Below are positions 15,987-31,429 of a stretch of 64,000 nt of DNA, piece after piece; position 1 is the stretch's first letter, and each line of letters begins with the position of its first letter. A program made the position numbers and the translations under genes. The stretch lies in NCBI RefSeq assembly GCF_009914755.1, contig NC_060934.1; one strand, written 5' to 3'. The notes beneath the pieces are model-generated. The model was not told where the DNA came from and made no database searches. It saw nothing but the letters and a program-made list of their open reading frames with translations. The stretch is from the human T2T-CHM13v2.0 reference genome, Homo sapiens.

Positions 15987-16976
15987 TGAACAGGCAACCT
16001 ACAACATGGGAGAAAATTTTCGCAACCTACTCATCTGACAAAGGGCTAATATCCAGAATCTACAATGAACTCAAACAAATGTACAAGAAAAAAACAAACA
16101 ACCCCATCAAAAAGTGGGCGAAGGACATGAACAGACACTTCTCAAAAGAAGACATTTATGTAGCCAAAAAACACATGAAAAAATGCTCATCATCACTGGC
16201 CATCAGAGAAATGCAAATCAAAACCACTATGAGATATCATCTCACACCAGTTAGAATGGCAATCATTAAAAAGTCAGGAAACAACAGGTGCTGGAGAGGA
16301 TGTGGAGAAATAGGAACACTTTTACACTGTTGGTGGGACTGTAAACTAGTTCAACCATTGTGGAAGTCAGTGTGGCGATTCCTCAGGGATCTAGAACTAG
16401 AAATACCATTTGACCCAGCCATCCCATTACTGGGTATATACCCAAATGACTATAAATCATACTGCTATAAAGACACATGCACACGTATGTTTATTGCGGC
16501 ATTATTCACAATAGCAAAGACTTGGAACCAACCCAAATGTCCAACAATGATAGACTGGATTAAGAAAATGTGGCACATATACACCATGGAATACTATGCA
16601 GCCATAAAAAATGATGAGTTCATGTCCTTTGTAGGGACATGGATGAAATTGGAAGCCATCATTCTCAGTATACTATCGCAAGAACAAAAAACCAAACACC
16701 GCATATTCTCACTCATAGGTGGGAATTGAACAATGAGATCACATGGACACAGGAAGGGGAATATCACACTCTGGTCTGGGGACTGTGGTGGGGTGGGGGG
16801 AGGGGGAAGGGGGAAGGGATAGCATTGGGAGATATACCTAATGCTAGATGACGAGTTAGTGGGTGCAGCGCACCAGCATGGCACATGTATACATATGTAA
16901 CTAACCTGCACAATGTGCACATGTACCCTAAAACTTAAAGTATAAAAAAAAAAAAAAAGTTAAAAAAAAAAAAAAA
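15987..16976 (+). mobile_element. Young 5'-truncated LINE-1 (L1PA2-like): ORF2 C-terminus, 3'UTR and poly(A)
   Basis: Uninterrupted ORF2 C-terminal frame [25 protein letters not shown]...[18 protein letters not shown]...[10 protein letters not shown] (stop ends 16729); G-rich 3'UTR; GAG (not ACA/ACG) at the Ta-diagnostic position; A-rich tail. Confidence 0.95.
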
Positions 16977-18636
16977 CAACCAAGAAAACACAGGCTCCAG
17001 GAGGAGCTCTAAGGGATTTTTATCTGAGTAAAGGGGATAGACTGATAAGAGAGGTCATTTCTTCTGCTCGTTCACAGGTCTTCTGAGATTTTCTTTGCTT
17101 TCACACTGATGTGGTTTTACTGCACTAGCTCCATTTTACGGATGGGGACATGGATGCCAATAAGACAAGATGACTCAGTCAAGGCCACATGGCAAGTGAG
17201 TGGGTGTCTTCCTCCATCCATGGCCCTGTCAGTTTTGGCTTGGATGAGCCAAGTGGTAGAAGCGTGACTGGGGCAAAGCTCACCAGCACCTCTCCTGGAC
17301 TTTTCTTCAGAAGAGAGGGTCAGCAGTAGCCCCTCTGGGAGGTTTAAACAACTCCATGATACACCTGGATCCCTTCTGCTAATGCAGCAGGCCCCTTCAT
17401 TTCCAGAAATTAGAGCTTGCCAAACAGCTGTGTTTACATTCAGAGCCGTAGTTTATCGCTGCTGGTCCTGGAAGGGATTGTTCAAGCTTATCTTCTCTAG
17501 ATAGCAACGTGCTGAGGGTTGCACAATTCTGACCTAGATTGAAATCAGCTGCAAAACACCTAGTCCTGAACACACACACGCACACGTCTCAGGAGACTCA
17601 AGGCACTGCAACTCACTGACACATTCTCTCCTCAACAGGCCAACTCTCTCCCATAATCCTGGGACCTGGGCCAAGGCAAGGTGGTACGGCAGCAAAGGTC
17701 CCAGGGGACTTTGTTGAGGCAGGACTGTTTCCCTGAGCTGGGTGCCGGCCTCCTGCCCCATGTGCCTCATTCTCTTGTCTTTCATGCAGGGAGACAGCTG
17801 GGTGAGAGGGCACAGAGAAGAAAGACAGTAGGCATCATGCTGCAGAAGATTCAGGGCCAGAACAAAGGGCAGCCATTGACAGCTGCACATTTTATGCAAA
17901 TCTTGAACGGTTTCATCCAGGGAACAAAACCCTTGTGAAAATGGTGGAAAAGGGCCCTTTCCCTTTTAGAAATTCTACAGTCTGACTACTCCAGATGGTA
18001 GAAGACTAACAAAAAGCTCCAGCCCCCATGGCTCTGATCTGCCCACTGCCTGGTCAGAAACCTTTAAGAGCTTTCAACAGTTGGCCCTATAAAGTCCAAA
18101 CTCATTCAAGACTCTTTATGGACTGGCCACATCTTTAGCTCCCTCCCAGCCCAGAGTCACCCTCTGCCTGCTCTCAACCTTCCTGGTCTTTTATCTGTAC
18201 CCCTCCTTGTGCACTTATCACTTTCCACTATGTACAATGGTTGTTTTTATGAGTCTTATCATTCCTGCTGGCCTAGTCTATCAGTTCCTTAAGGGCAGGG
18301 CCTATGCTTGTTTATCTTTGTACGTTGAAGCTTTAGTATGGTATGCATTATGGGGTGCCCAATAAAATTTATTGAATTAAACCAGGGACTCTCCCACAGG
18401 GATGAACTTACCTTGAGAAAGACATCTAAATTCCTCACTGAACCCAGGAGCAGGAAGGACACCTTCACCCCAGCCTGCATAGGAAGTGTTTCAGATAGTA
18501 ATCTCAAGGTCATGTGGTCCAACTCTTCTATTTCAGGAGATGAAGAGACTGAGATCCAAGTGTTGGGCTAGGGACAGTAGATGTTATGAGTTTCATCTAT
18601 AGGTGAGGGAGCTGAGGCTCTGGCAGCAGAAGTCAC

Positions 18637-18639
<3 letters not shown>

Positions 18640-18670
<31 letters not shown>

Positions 18671-18949
18671 GTGATGGACTCTTGCTCTGTTGCCCAGGCT
18701 GGAGTGCAGTGAAATGATCTCAGCTCACTGTAACCTCTGCCTCCTAGATTCAAGCAATTCTCCTACCTCAGCCTCCTGAGTAGCTGGGATTACAGGCATG
18801 TGCCACCACGCCCAGCTAATTTTTGTATTTTTAGTAGAGACAAGGTTTCATCATGTTGGCCAGGCTGGTCTTGAACTCCTGACCTCATGATCCACCTGCC
18901 TCGGCCTCCCAAAATGTTGGGATTACAGGCATGAGGCACCGCGCCCGGC
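18640..18949 (-). mobile_element. AluS, antisense, with TSD
   Basis: Long T tract and full Alu; agaagtcactttc / agaagccactttc flanks. Confidence 0.9.
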
Positions 18950-20022
18950 TAGAAGCCACTTTCCTAATGTCAGGAAGGTAGAAGGTGGTAGATTTAAAGG
19001 GATTTAAAGCAGGGTCTGCCTGACTCAGAAGCTTATTTTCTGTTGTGAAGGAGCCCACCTACAGCCTCCGCCCCTGAACATCCAGCTGCCCTGCTGGTTT
19101 CCCAGAACAGGACTCTGGCTGGCCAAGCCCTGGGGCTGGTTGGACACTGAGGTAGGCAGCACCTGGCTTGGGTGCATTTGGAGCTCCATGGCTGGAGAAG
19201 CTGTTTATGAACTCTGCCCATCCAAGGCCTGGCAGCACAGCTACCCCAGCTGGGTCTTTTCACAGAAGGCCTGTCGGGCAGGTCCTAGAACATCACACAG
19301 AGCCTTTGTCCAGAAGGCATGGTGTTTTCCAGTGAGAAGTTTGCATTGCCTACACTGGCAGGAGGCAAGGGAAGTGGAGACCACCAGCCTTTTGCCAGCA
19401 GGAGTCTGCTCCCAGAGGGAAAAGGGGAGGAGAGGGAGCTCAGGCCAAGAAGGACCCAAGTGGAAACTCGAGAGGGAAATGGCCTCGGCAGTATTTAGGG
19501 CAGTAGATTGGGAACTCCTTAAGAGCTGGAATTGAGTTTTGTGTTGAAACAGCTCAGGCTAATTTCAAATCTCAAGCCTGCCCTTTACTGCTTGTGAGGC
19601 CTTGGGCGATTTTTTTGACCTTTCTGAACCTTAATTTCCTCATTTGTTGTGTGAGGGGGATAATAGCAGTATCTTGCTGGATGTGATGAGGATCAGAGAC
19701 CAAGGAGTACGCAGGCACACAGCAGTCACTCAATAAATGGTGGAGTCCACATACATTTTTGTAAGCATTCCTTCTGTTTCTGGATTTATGAACTGATAAA
19801 AGGCCAGGGCTGCAGAGGACACCCAGGCAATGGTGTCACATGACTGTTAACTGAGAAAAGGAAACGAAATTACCAGGAGTAAACCCACATTTAGAGGAAC
19901 TTTGGCCCAGAAACAGCTGGGGGTAAGGCAATCTGTTTCTAGTTAGGAAGCAGCCAATGGAAGAACTGTGAAATTCTTCAGTTGTTGCTAGAGCTGTTGC
20001 TTCATAAATGTTCTAAACTTAG

Positions 20023-20175
20023 CATGTGTATGGGGGTGTGTGTGTATCTATGTGGTGTGTATGGGGGTGTATGTGTGTGGTGTATGGCATGTATGTATGT
20101 GTGTGGTGTATGGCATGTATGTATATGTGTGTGTGATGTATGTGTATTATGTGTATATATATATATATGTGGTGT
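20023..20175. repeat. (TG/TA)-rich simple repeat
   Basis: Degenerate gtgtgtgtat/ggtgtatggcatgtatgtat repeats. Confidence 0.85.
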
Positions 20176-21339
20176 ACATGCTTCTCTACGGTAAGATTGT
20201 GGAAGCCTTGTCTTTCTCACCTTCAACAGTGCTCAATAGTACAGGAAGGAAAGACACATATTTATTTTAGAAATGCTTGATCCTTTAGTATATGTTTTTT
20301 CTATAATTCTCCCAGTGGCTCTCAGACAAGGAAAGTGAGGCTCAGAGAGGCTTCTTGTTTAAACTCAACCTGCTGGTTAGTGCCAGAGGTCCACCCTGGG
20401 CTTAGATCTGCTTGACAACAGTAGGCATTGTTGGCTTGACTCCTAAAAGAAGAAGGCCACAAATGCAAATACAGTCGGGGTTTTGTTCTATGGTCTGCTC
20501 TTCAGGCAACTTTTCTTGTGGTATGTCACCTAGGTACCTGTGTTCTGTTCTGGCTCTCAGACTTGCAACTTCCTGCACAGCACGTTGTCACTCTGGTTTT
20601 ATTTTTGTCAGCTCTTCCTCTGAACCAGGCCTCACCCCAGAGAAGCAGACTCAGGGAGGGCAGGAACAGCTCTGGGGCTATTGGGCCTAGCCCCTGGGCT
20701 GATGTAGAAGCATCAGTTCTGCCTCAGGCTGGGACAGCTGGAGTGTCAGCCTGCGCGTTCTGCCTGGGATCCAGCATGGCTGCGGTCCCTGGAGGGCTTC
20801 AGCTTCCCGCCATTCCTGGGAGGCCTCTACAGATGGCCACAGTTCACCTTCTGGCAAATTCACAGCAAACTCAAGCATGAGCTGCAAGTGCTGAGGACAG
20901 CTTATTGCAGTTCATTCTCCTGAGTAACTCCACACACACCTAGCAAATGACAGGTAGGCATCTGCCGGGCTAAACCAGGAAGTAAAACTCTGTGGGCAGC
21001 CTCAGACAGGCTCTTGTACAGAAAATAGAAATCTTATTAGTTCCTTTAGTCTTTCACCAAACATTTATTGACAACCACCTGCCTACAATAAGCCTGATGC
21101 AGGGGCAAGGTTTTTGCCTTTCAGAAGGCCACAGTCCAGTGGGGAACTGATGTCAAAACAAACAGCTGAGCTTGGGGAGCAGCATGATAACAGATAGGCA
21201 TATCATGGCAGGAATGGAGGAAGAGTCTCTTCACTCTGCCCTGGCCTGGGGAAAACTTCTCATGGGAAGCATTACTTTACCTAAGCCTGAAGGATCAGTT
21301 AGATTTCAATAAGTAAAAATAATATCGAAAGCTATTAAA

Positions 21340-21570
21340 GTATTATTATTATTTATTAGATACTTGCAATATGTCAAGCATCCTACTAAGTACTTTACAA
21401 ACATTATTTCATTTAATTTGAATAACATCCCTAATTCAACGATACTGTAATTATCCCCATTTTACAGGTGAGGAAACTGAGGATCAGAAAATGTGAAATA
21501 ACTCACTCAAAACTAGGAAATAGAAGAACAAATAGTCAAACCAACTTCTGCAGATTCCAGAGCCCAGGCT
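21340..21570 (-). mobile_element. MIR
   Basis: ctaagtactttacaaacattatttcatttaat...ttatccccattttacaggtgaggaaactgagg. Confidence 0.7.
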
Positions 21571-24500
21571 TTTATGCTTTTTAATATGTTCAAAAAATAT
21601 AATAATATAAATAGGTAAATGTCTTGTTCCCCTCCTGGCATCTCCTGCTGGTCTCTGTATATCCCATACACACCAACTGCCTGCTGCCCTTATAGATGTA
21701 AACAGTTACATTGGTTTTTTATATGTTATTCAGTGTTTATGTCAATATAAATGAGTCTGAGTAAATATTCTTATTTACCCCTCTTTCTTATTCAAAAGTG
21801 GCATATATTAACACTGATTTGTACTTAATGTAGTCTTGGAGAGCTTTTTATTGGAGTATACAGCAATCTTCCTCATTCTTTTGCACAGTTGTATAGTACT
21901 CCATTTGCTGAGCCCAGGCTTTCAAACACAAGGCAAAGTTCAGCTGGAAACATATAGGTAGGCTTTGCTAAACTGTCTAAATTTCATGAGGCACCAAGGA
22001 GCAAAGGGGTAATGATATGGATTTATTTTTAGAAGATTCCTTATATTAGGTAGGAAGATGCACACAGCACAGCCTGCCTAAACATGTAGCCCCACCTCAG
22101 TACAAAGACATGATGTACTGCCACAGTGGTGGCTGGAGAAAAGCCCTTCCATGGAACAAGTTCTGACTTATCTCTGGCCCTGTTGCCTGCAGCCCTGCGG
22201 CCTCTGCTTTTTAAGATGTCTTCCCCATGATCTGCCTGTGGAAATTTTACGGAACTTCCTGTGCCTAGGATGCAGAAACCACGTGTAGTCTTAATGTGTC
22301 ACCCTGGGCTACTTCTCTGGGTGACGCATTAAGACAACTTATAATAATTGTGCAAGAGCTCGAGACGCTTCACAGGTGGTACTTAAAAGTATTCCCAGGC
22401 CTCTAGTATTCCCTGGGAAAGCTTGCTGTCAGGGCTGTTACTGACTCAAATGCCTTTGAAGGTAAGCTGGAGTCAGCACTCCTTTTCTCTGAGAGAGGGG
22501 GTTCTCCCACAGAGTAACAATACCTGTGGTAATAACTTTGGTTCTTTGAAAAGAGGAGTTTTCTCTTTAAGGTTATGTGATCACAGTTGCTAAAACCTTG
22601 GTGGCTTCAAAGAGGTTGTGTAGTTTCCAAAAATACAGCCCCATCAAATGCACATGGCCACCAGTCAGCTGCCTTTGTGTTTGCTGAGTTCTATGGCTAT
22701 GGACCTACCACATATATTCATCACAGTGAATAAAGCTGACCAAGCTTTACAGCACTGGTTACATTTTGTTCTGGTGCCTCGACGTTTGCCTTATCTTTCC
22801 AAAGAGTTCTTAAGAGAAGGTAGCTTATAAGTGAAATCATTGCACCACACAGTCTCCTGGAAGAAAACATGCATAATCGTGGGCAATGGCTATAAGCAGA
22901 ATCTTAGACCAGATCTCAGCCAACTCACAGATCATATTGGATAGATTACAGCCCCAGAAAGAATCTGGGAAACGTTTTAAGTTCTACACCCTTGGAGCCA
23001 TCAAATTACTCAAGGTCATACTTCCAATTAGTAGCACAACTAGGATTGGAATCCAAACCTCTTGCCTTCTCGTCCAGATCCCAGTCCATTAAATGTGTTT
23101 TCCAATATGTATTCCATAAGACGTTAATAGACACTATGTACAAAAGGGTGTTATGGTCAGATAAGAACAGCAAACATGGGGTTAAAGAAAATTGAATGGG
23201 TTACTTATGACAGAACTTCTCAGAGCCTTTAAAACACCATTATTTATTGTGATTTTCTAAGAGGGGAGATGATTAGCAGTTTCCCTAAACTTACTTCATC
23301 CTAAAACCCTTTTGTGGTGGAACATCTGTGGAGCATATTTTGAGAGACACCATGTAATGCTTCCTCTCTTAAATAAGTTCAAGAGTTTTTTAAAGATACA
23401 CTCATGGGTAATGGGGCTGACTTTTGTTTAGGAAATGTTGGGAGGTTTGGCTTATATTTTTGGCCCATTGAAGTCATCATAATGGGAGGTAGGTGCCAGG
23501 CCTGACTGGAATGACTATGGGGTGTTCCAAGATGGCAATTCATCTCTTTTTAGGACCACTGCTGTCTTAAAAACCAATTTTGTTTTGTTTTCCTATTGTT
23601 ACTTTGAAGTACTTTGACTGCGCCTGGTTTGACATACAGAGGAAAGGTAAGTCTGGTGGCCTCTCTTGATGAAATACTGTTGTGTCAAACCCCTATCTAC
23701 TCCAATGGGGATAGCGCCAGGATCAAGAGGCAGAAGAAGAGACCCAGAGCCAGCAAATGAGACATGGGGTTTGGCTGGGGGCTTACATACAGGAGACAGA
23801 GTCCAGTGATGGTGGGCTGGACAAGATAACTGCAAAGTGCAGTGGTGGCCGGCTGGACAGAAGAACCACAACTGATTGCAAAAGGCATGCAGTTTACATA
23901 TCTTTTTCACTTAGCATCCTTTCCCTAATAACCTCCACCTGGCAACCTTCACTCAACCCAAAACTCAGGGCCTCAAGCTGCTGTACAGCCCATGTTTCAC
24001 AGGATGGTCTGGGGGCTCAGATGTTCCTGACAGACAAGGAACGAATCTCCTGGTTGGCCACTTCCAGATTCCCTAGCTCAGAACACACATTCAGGTGCAT
24101 TTGTCATACAAGTTCATTCTCAGGGTATGCTTTAGTTATTGCTATCAGATGCATTTACCATACAAACACCCAGTCTGAAAATGGGCCCAAATGTAATAAC
24201 ATGTAATAACATAAATGTAGAAACATATTCCAGATGTTCTTGATCTTTTCTGGGACATGATTCTTTTGGGGGCCTTATGGGAAAAAGTTATTGACCCATT
24301 GTGGCATCAAATGCATATTCATAATAAAACTTGCATAAAATTTTAGGGTGTTCTTGCACCCTCTGAAGCCAACCAGTAAATCACTGGGCTAGATTTACTG
24401 TCCTCAAAGAGAGCTCTCTGAAAACAAAACATATCATAGACCCATGTAACACAAGAAACGATAGTAAGACTCTCAGTTGTCCCCTGAGCAGTTATTTTTT

Positions 24501-26893
24501 TTCTTTCTTTTGAACTCTTGGTTCTTGGAGGGTGGCCTGTTGCTTGCTAGTTCCTGTTTTGATGTTGGCTTTGTCAATTGCGCTGAATGACTGTCAATCA
24601 TGTTACTTCAACTGCGGTACTTGGGGACTTCCTGGAGCTGTTGTTTACAAATGCCAGTCCTAGTTTCTCTTTCTGAATGCTGTCCTCCTAGCTTTTTGGA
24701 AAGAAAAAAAAAACAGGGCAGAAGGACAAGACACATGCAGAGAACCATATGGAAAAGGAAGGCAGCTGTTGGCCGTGGAATGAGGTCCTATGGCTCTGTC
24801 TGTGTCTTGCCAGGAGCCGCACCACTTCTGTCTGGGCCTTGGTTTGCTCATTTGTTATCTGAGCAAGTTGTCCTCACCAGGTCATCTCCTGGGACTTTAT
24901 TCTTTTCTCTGAACTTCTACGGGGCTAGCTTCATTTTTATTATAAACATTTAATAACAAAAAGCAACATCTTTCTTGGGTTTCCCTTGTTCTTCTCTTGC
25001 CACTACTTTTATTTATTTATTTTTGCTCAAAATAAATAGAGGTTCGATTAGTTCCATTAATTAACTTCTACCCAGCATTTGTCTCTTCAGCCATCCCCCT
25101 TCCTCAGCCCTGCCTTACCCCTGCCCTTCTCTAGCCTTCTCTGTTTGTACTTCCTTATAGATTTGGCTGTCTTAATCACAACCCAAGATCATTCATTTCA
25201 TTTATTTTCCAGAATGAAAAGTTCCTCATTTCTATACCAGGCTTTCTGGGCCCTACCTCCTTGTCTGGGAAGCAAGCCGACACTGCAGACATAGAGGGGA
25301 GGGGGGCATAATGGCAGCTATGTGCACTCAGGGCAGCTGGAGAAAAGAGGATTAATTCTGAGACATGTGAAGCCTAGCCCAGGATCCAGTGTTCCAGAAG
25401 AATGCGAATAAAGCCCCGAGAGATACAACTGGAGGAGCACTTCTCTACCCTGACTCAACACTATTAAATGCAGGGCGTGGCAGTTATAATAAATGCTGAA
25501 AAGCATCGGGTGGAATGGTCTGTGTTTGCAAAAGTCTAATGAACTGGAGTTTGCAAAGGCTTAGAACTTAGGCCAAGTATAGGAGATGTGGTAAAATTTG
25601 TGTTTTGGCGGGGGATATGGTGCGGGAAAGATTTCTTGCTGGAGTTCCTCAATGTTAATTGAGCTTTTTTTCTAAATCTCTAAGGTGGTAGGAGTGATTT
25701 GAGGGGGGGAAACCCCATAAAAGACAAATGTACTAAGAAAACCTTTCGAAACCTGAATTGAGGAAATAAAATCTTAGTAGTCTTTCAATTTTTCTTGGTA
25801 CATACCACAGTAAAATATTGCATCTATTTTTTGAACTATGCTTCACATTACTCTGTGCTTGCTTTTTACCCCAGGAAAGACATGCAAGAAATGCCCCTTG
25901 AAGGGTTTCTAAACGTTGTACAATGCTTACTACCCTTTCCCTCTTCCCCACTTTCAGGCCCCTGAGATGGATTCATCTGATACCAGGAGCCTCTAGGACC
26001 CAGAAATTTAACTGTCAATCAAGAGGCATGTGAGGGAAAGTCCAGCCCAGCCTGGGTGCCAGAAGGTCTGGATTCCTGGTCTGCACATTCCCTACAACGC
26101 TGGGCAGAGATCTCATATGTACTTCTGGCTCAGCTACTAACTTAGCTGTGTGGCTTTAGGTGACCCACTTAACTTCTCTGAATCTGTTTCTCCATTTGTA
26201 AAATAAAAGGTTTGGACTAGGGAATCCCCAAATTTCCTTTCAGTATAAAAGTTCCATGATTACCAGTGACCTGCTCAAGGTTCATTATTTCCCTCATGTT
26301 TAAAGCACAGAATCTTGTCCACTTCATAGGGAGGTGGTGAAAGTCTATGCACATGTGCTCAGTAAATCTTAGGCCAACACAAATGTCAGCTATCATCATT
26401 ATTATAAGAATTCTTTATGCAGCTCTTTCTTCAGAACATGTTTTATATCTTTTACCATTTGTGCTAAAGTGCAATTTTTGCCTTAGAGAAATTCTCAAAA
26501 TTCAGGCTTTGGTTTGACAAAAGGAGACAAGGCGTCAGTTCAGGTAGATGAAGTTGCTGCAAATGACAGCAGCATCTAAAATTTCTTAGGAAGGAAGTGG
26601 GCTAAGACCTACCCTTAGCCCCCAGAAAGACAAATTCTCCTCAATTTCATTTAGGGGCATGACCATTTCTTATTAAGAAACAGAACTCTCAAATGAGGCT
26701 TTACCCTAAGAATGAAAAGGCCTTGGAGAGTTCCAAAGGCATTAATAGTAAATCTAGGTGCTTATCTTTTGCCTTCAACTGTGCTTTTTCAAGTACTTTA
26801 CCCAAATTAATTAATTAGTGCTCCTAAACCCACACCAGCCATCACTTTGCCTTTGGGATGGAGGGAGGTGATATTATCTGAGCTTTGCATTAG

Positions 26894-27472
<579 letters not shown>

Positions 27473-28337
27473 TTAGGGACAGGGTCACTACCTTGTCTTA
27501 AGAGGCGAAAAATAGGAACTATCTCCCACCCTCTCCCCTGACAAAACCAAACACTCTTTGCGCCCCTCCAAGTATCTCAATACTGCTTAAGCCTGAGGAG
27601 TACGGGGAAGATGAAGTATGTAACGTTTATCTACTCACAAAGCACAGAGTTTCTGTTGCCACCTCTGAGCAGCTGTCTTGTTCTGGGCAACTGTGATCTC
27701 CCTTCCTCTCCTAAGCTCTTGGAATGAATCTTTCTTAAGGGAAATGGAAGTTGCAATTCCATTATTCTGTATAGAGTGAGTTAAGGGGAAGGCCTCTCTC
27801 CTTTTCTGTCATCTAATAGCTAAATTAACATAAGCCCATAGGCACAGGGATTCAGGTAACAGAAACCTAGTTTGTGACAATTACAACGTGAAATGAAAAC
27901 ATACATTGTGGCCCAGAAGCCCGGGCAGCCCTAGGCTTCAGATATTACCTACCCTAAAGTAGTATAATGCCTTTTACCAAGAACACAGCTGAATCAACTG
28001 TGCTTTTCATAGAACAGGCACACACTAAAATATTTGTGGATTGATTTGGTAGGCAAAAATTCTTGGCACTTGGATACTTCTCCATTTTCAGCTTATTCTT
28101 AAAAAAATTTTTTTTGTTAAATGTTTAGCTGCAAAGGCACAGGTGACTAAGTGTTCAACACAGCTGGAAGGAATGTTGGTGACAGTGGCTGTCATCTATA
28201 TTTCCCAAGTTGGTTTCTAAATAACACTGCTTCTGGGGTATCTTGAGAAAAAAAGGTTCTGTGTTTAAACAAGGTAGGAAACATTACTAATCTTCCTACC
28301 TTGGTCTCCCAAGACACTAAAGGCACATAGCTTATTA

Positions 28338-28655
<318 letters not shown>

Positions 28656-29610
28656 AAACCACTGAGAAGAGTTGTGGGTAAAGAAACAGTTTTATTTTTG
28701 TTTAAACGAGTTATTTCCAAGACCATTTGACCATGGAACAATCCCTCCCACATTTTTTTTTGCATGATATCTATTAAAGTTCCACAAAATTCATGTTCTT
28801 TGGAAAATAACTTGGGAATTACTGATTGAGCCCAATTTCTGAATTTTATTGGTAAAGAAAAAGGTCCTGAGAGGGGCTGAAGTTCTTACAGGAAGTTAGT
28901 GGGGGAGGTAGGACGACAACCCTATTTCCTGAGTGTCTGGCCCAACCTTGTCAACCACACGCAAATACGGCAGCATTCTCAAAGGTGGGTTCTGGGATCC
29001 CAGCCATCATGGGTACTGCTTGAGATGATACGCAAAAAGGACATGAACGTTTTCCTCCCTAATGGGTCCTTTGGGGGCAATTTGCTAAAACATAACAGGT
29101 TGTTTTAGATGCTTCTTAAAATTGGTAATCATATCCCATTCTTTCTTTATCTCATAGAACTCGGGATGCCTACCCAACACAGCCTGATTATGCTATATGT
29201 GCTTAGTAAGTACATTCAATGAATGACTAAATGAAAGACAGGGAGGAAGAAGGAAACAGTCCAGAACTGAAAGGGATGAGAAGAGAAAAAATGTGGAGAA
29301 AGAGAAGGATGGGTAACAAAGGAGCCAGCAGTCACTGATCAGTAGAGTATAGGTGAGAGAGGGGAAAGGAGACAGCTGCAGATAATGGAAAATAACAAAA
29401 CAAAACTGAGGTCTGGGAAGCTCCGATTTTAAAAAGTGAACATGAGTTATGAGACTAATTCAGATACTGGCCACACCAGGAGGCCCCCGCCCAGGAGATG
29501 AGGATGACCACCAACTGCTGAGAATCTTTGTAAACTCAAATCAAGGTGTATTTATTGCACAGGCACAATAAATGAACAAGGCATCTTAAGTACTACAATG
29601 ACAGGTGAGT

Positions 29611-29915
<305 letters not shown>

Positions 29916-30112
29916 TCACAGATGAGTAAGACACAGATCTTTCCCTAAACAAGGTTACAGTCTAATGGGCAGAAGGGCTAGGACAGGGACTCAGATGAAA
30001 TAATGCCAGGTAGAATGTGATCAGTGCCCCTGGAGGTGTGGCAAGCCAATACTGTGAGGAATCAGCGGCAGGAAGATCATATCAAATCACGAGGCTCCAG
30101 AAAAACTACGAG

Positions 30113-30438
30113 GGTCCAGGAATGGTGGCTCACGCTTGTAATCTCAACGCTTTGGGAGGCAGAGGTGGGCTGATTGCTTGAGCCCAGGAGTTCAAGACCA
30201 GCCTGGACAACATGATGAAACCCTGTGTGTACAGAAAATACAAAAATTAGCTGGGCATAGTGAGCTGTGCCTGTAGTCCCAGTTACTCAGGAGGCTGAGG
30301 TGAGAGGATCGTTGAGCTAGGGAGGCTGACGGAGGTCGAGGCAGCAGTGAGCTGTGATCATGCCACTGCATTCTCCTGGGCTAAAGGGCAAGCCCCTGCC
30401 TCAATTAAATAAAACAACAACAACAACAAAATAAAAAA
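30113..30438 (+). mobile_element. Alu (AluJ-like), diverged
   Basis: ggtggctcacgcttgtaatctcaacgctttgggaggc...gcagtgagctgtgatcatgccactgca; (caa)n tail. Confidence 0.85.
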
Positions 30439-30664
30439 CTACCAGGAAGGGCCATGAGGCACAGAAGGATTGCATCAGGCGGAGATAGGAGATGAGAAGA
30501 GAGACATTTCAAGGTGATATATAAAGAACTACCAGGGGGTGAGGAAGCATATGGGGAGATGTGTGGAGACACAGCCTGAAAGTCTTGAAGTCACATCACG
30601 GAGCCTTGAATGACCGACCGAGGCGCTGACACTCAAGAGAGGCAATGGGAAGCCAGTGAAGGTT

Positions 30665-30690
30665 TGTGTGTGTGTGTGTGCGTGTGTGTG
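30665..30690. repeat. (TG)n microsatellite
   Basis: tgtgtgtgtgtgtgtgcgtgtgtgtg. Confidence 0.9.
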
Positions 30691-31429
30691 CAGAGAAATA
30701 GTAGCATTAGAGATGATTCCCAGGCAGGGTGACTGGGCAGCCAAGGGAAAGCGCTGGCCTGTGCGGGATGAGGCAGTTGGGTTCTGGAGAGCACAAGCAA
30801 TCATTCGGTGCTGCCCATCAGACAACTGAAAAATCTGATCAGAGGCAGTGGCTAAGTCCCCGCCTGGGAACACAAAGGAAGCATAAGGTTCTGGTTATCA
30901 CCCTCAGGGGACCGTGACCTTGAAAGAGTAAGGATAGTACCAGCCAAAACCAATGCAGCCAAGAGGAAAAGTCACAGAGAACAGCGAGGGGAGGTGGAAG
31001 TTTCAATACAGAAATTGTAGCCATGGCTGAGAACCCCAGCACTGGAGGCCGGAATTTGTGCGTTTGAACGCCAGAGGCTTGGCTAGTCATGATTAGCAAA
31101 GGAACTTCAAAGAGTTTTGGAGCCTGCTTTATATCTGTGAAATGGGAATTATTTCCATCTCAAAGGTTTGAGGGGATTCGCTGAGAGAAACTTCTTAGCA
31201 TGGGATCTCCAGAAACTGGAAGCCACAGAGAAAGCAACGGCCAGAGGGAGGAGGAATCGGACAGGCTGATCACTTGGAGTGTTCGCCTAAGCAGTTTCTA
31301 GAAATGGAGGCAGGGACCATCAGGAAGCTCAAAACCTTTGCTTCAGCCGAGTTTGCAGAACGCCCTGTGAGGAGAATGGGTGAGCTGGGTCGAGGAAGCT
31401 TCATCCTCGTCCCCATCCCCCAGCACTGC

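Noticed and set aside
15809-16729. 306-aa ORF as a novel gene
   Set aside because: It is the L1 ORF2 C-terminus plus a fortuitously open flank with a TTG start
19982-20270. Cys/Val/Tyr- and His/Thr-rich ORFs
   Set aside because: Translations of a (TG)n-type simple repeat
23554-23646. Possible orphan 93-nt exon (ctctttttag|...aaag|gtaagt)
   Set aside because: Splice-like pairs are frequent by chance; no partner exons or promoter evident; needs RNA evidence
28270-28303. 11-bp inverted repeat caaggtaggaa/ttcctaccttg
   Set aside because: Appears to lie in a degraded DNA-transposon-like remnant; no independent sign of function
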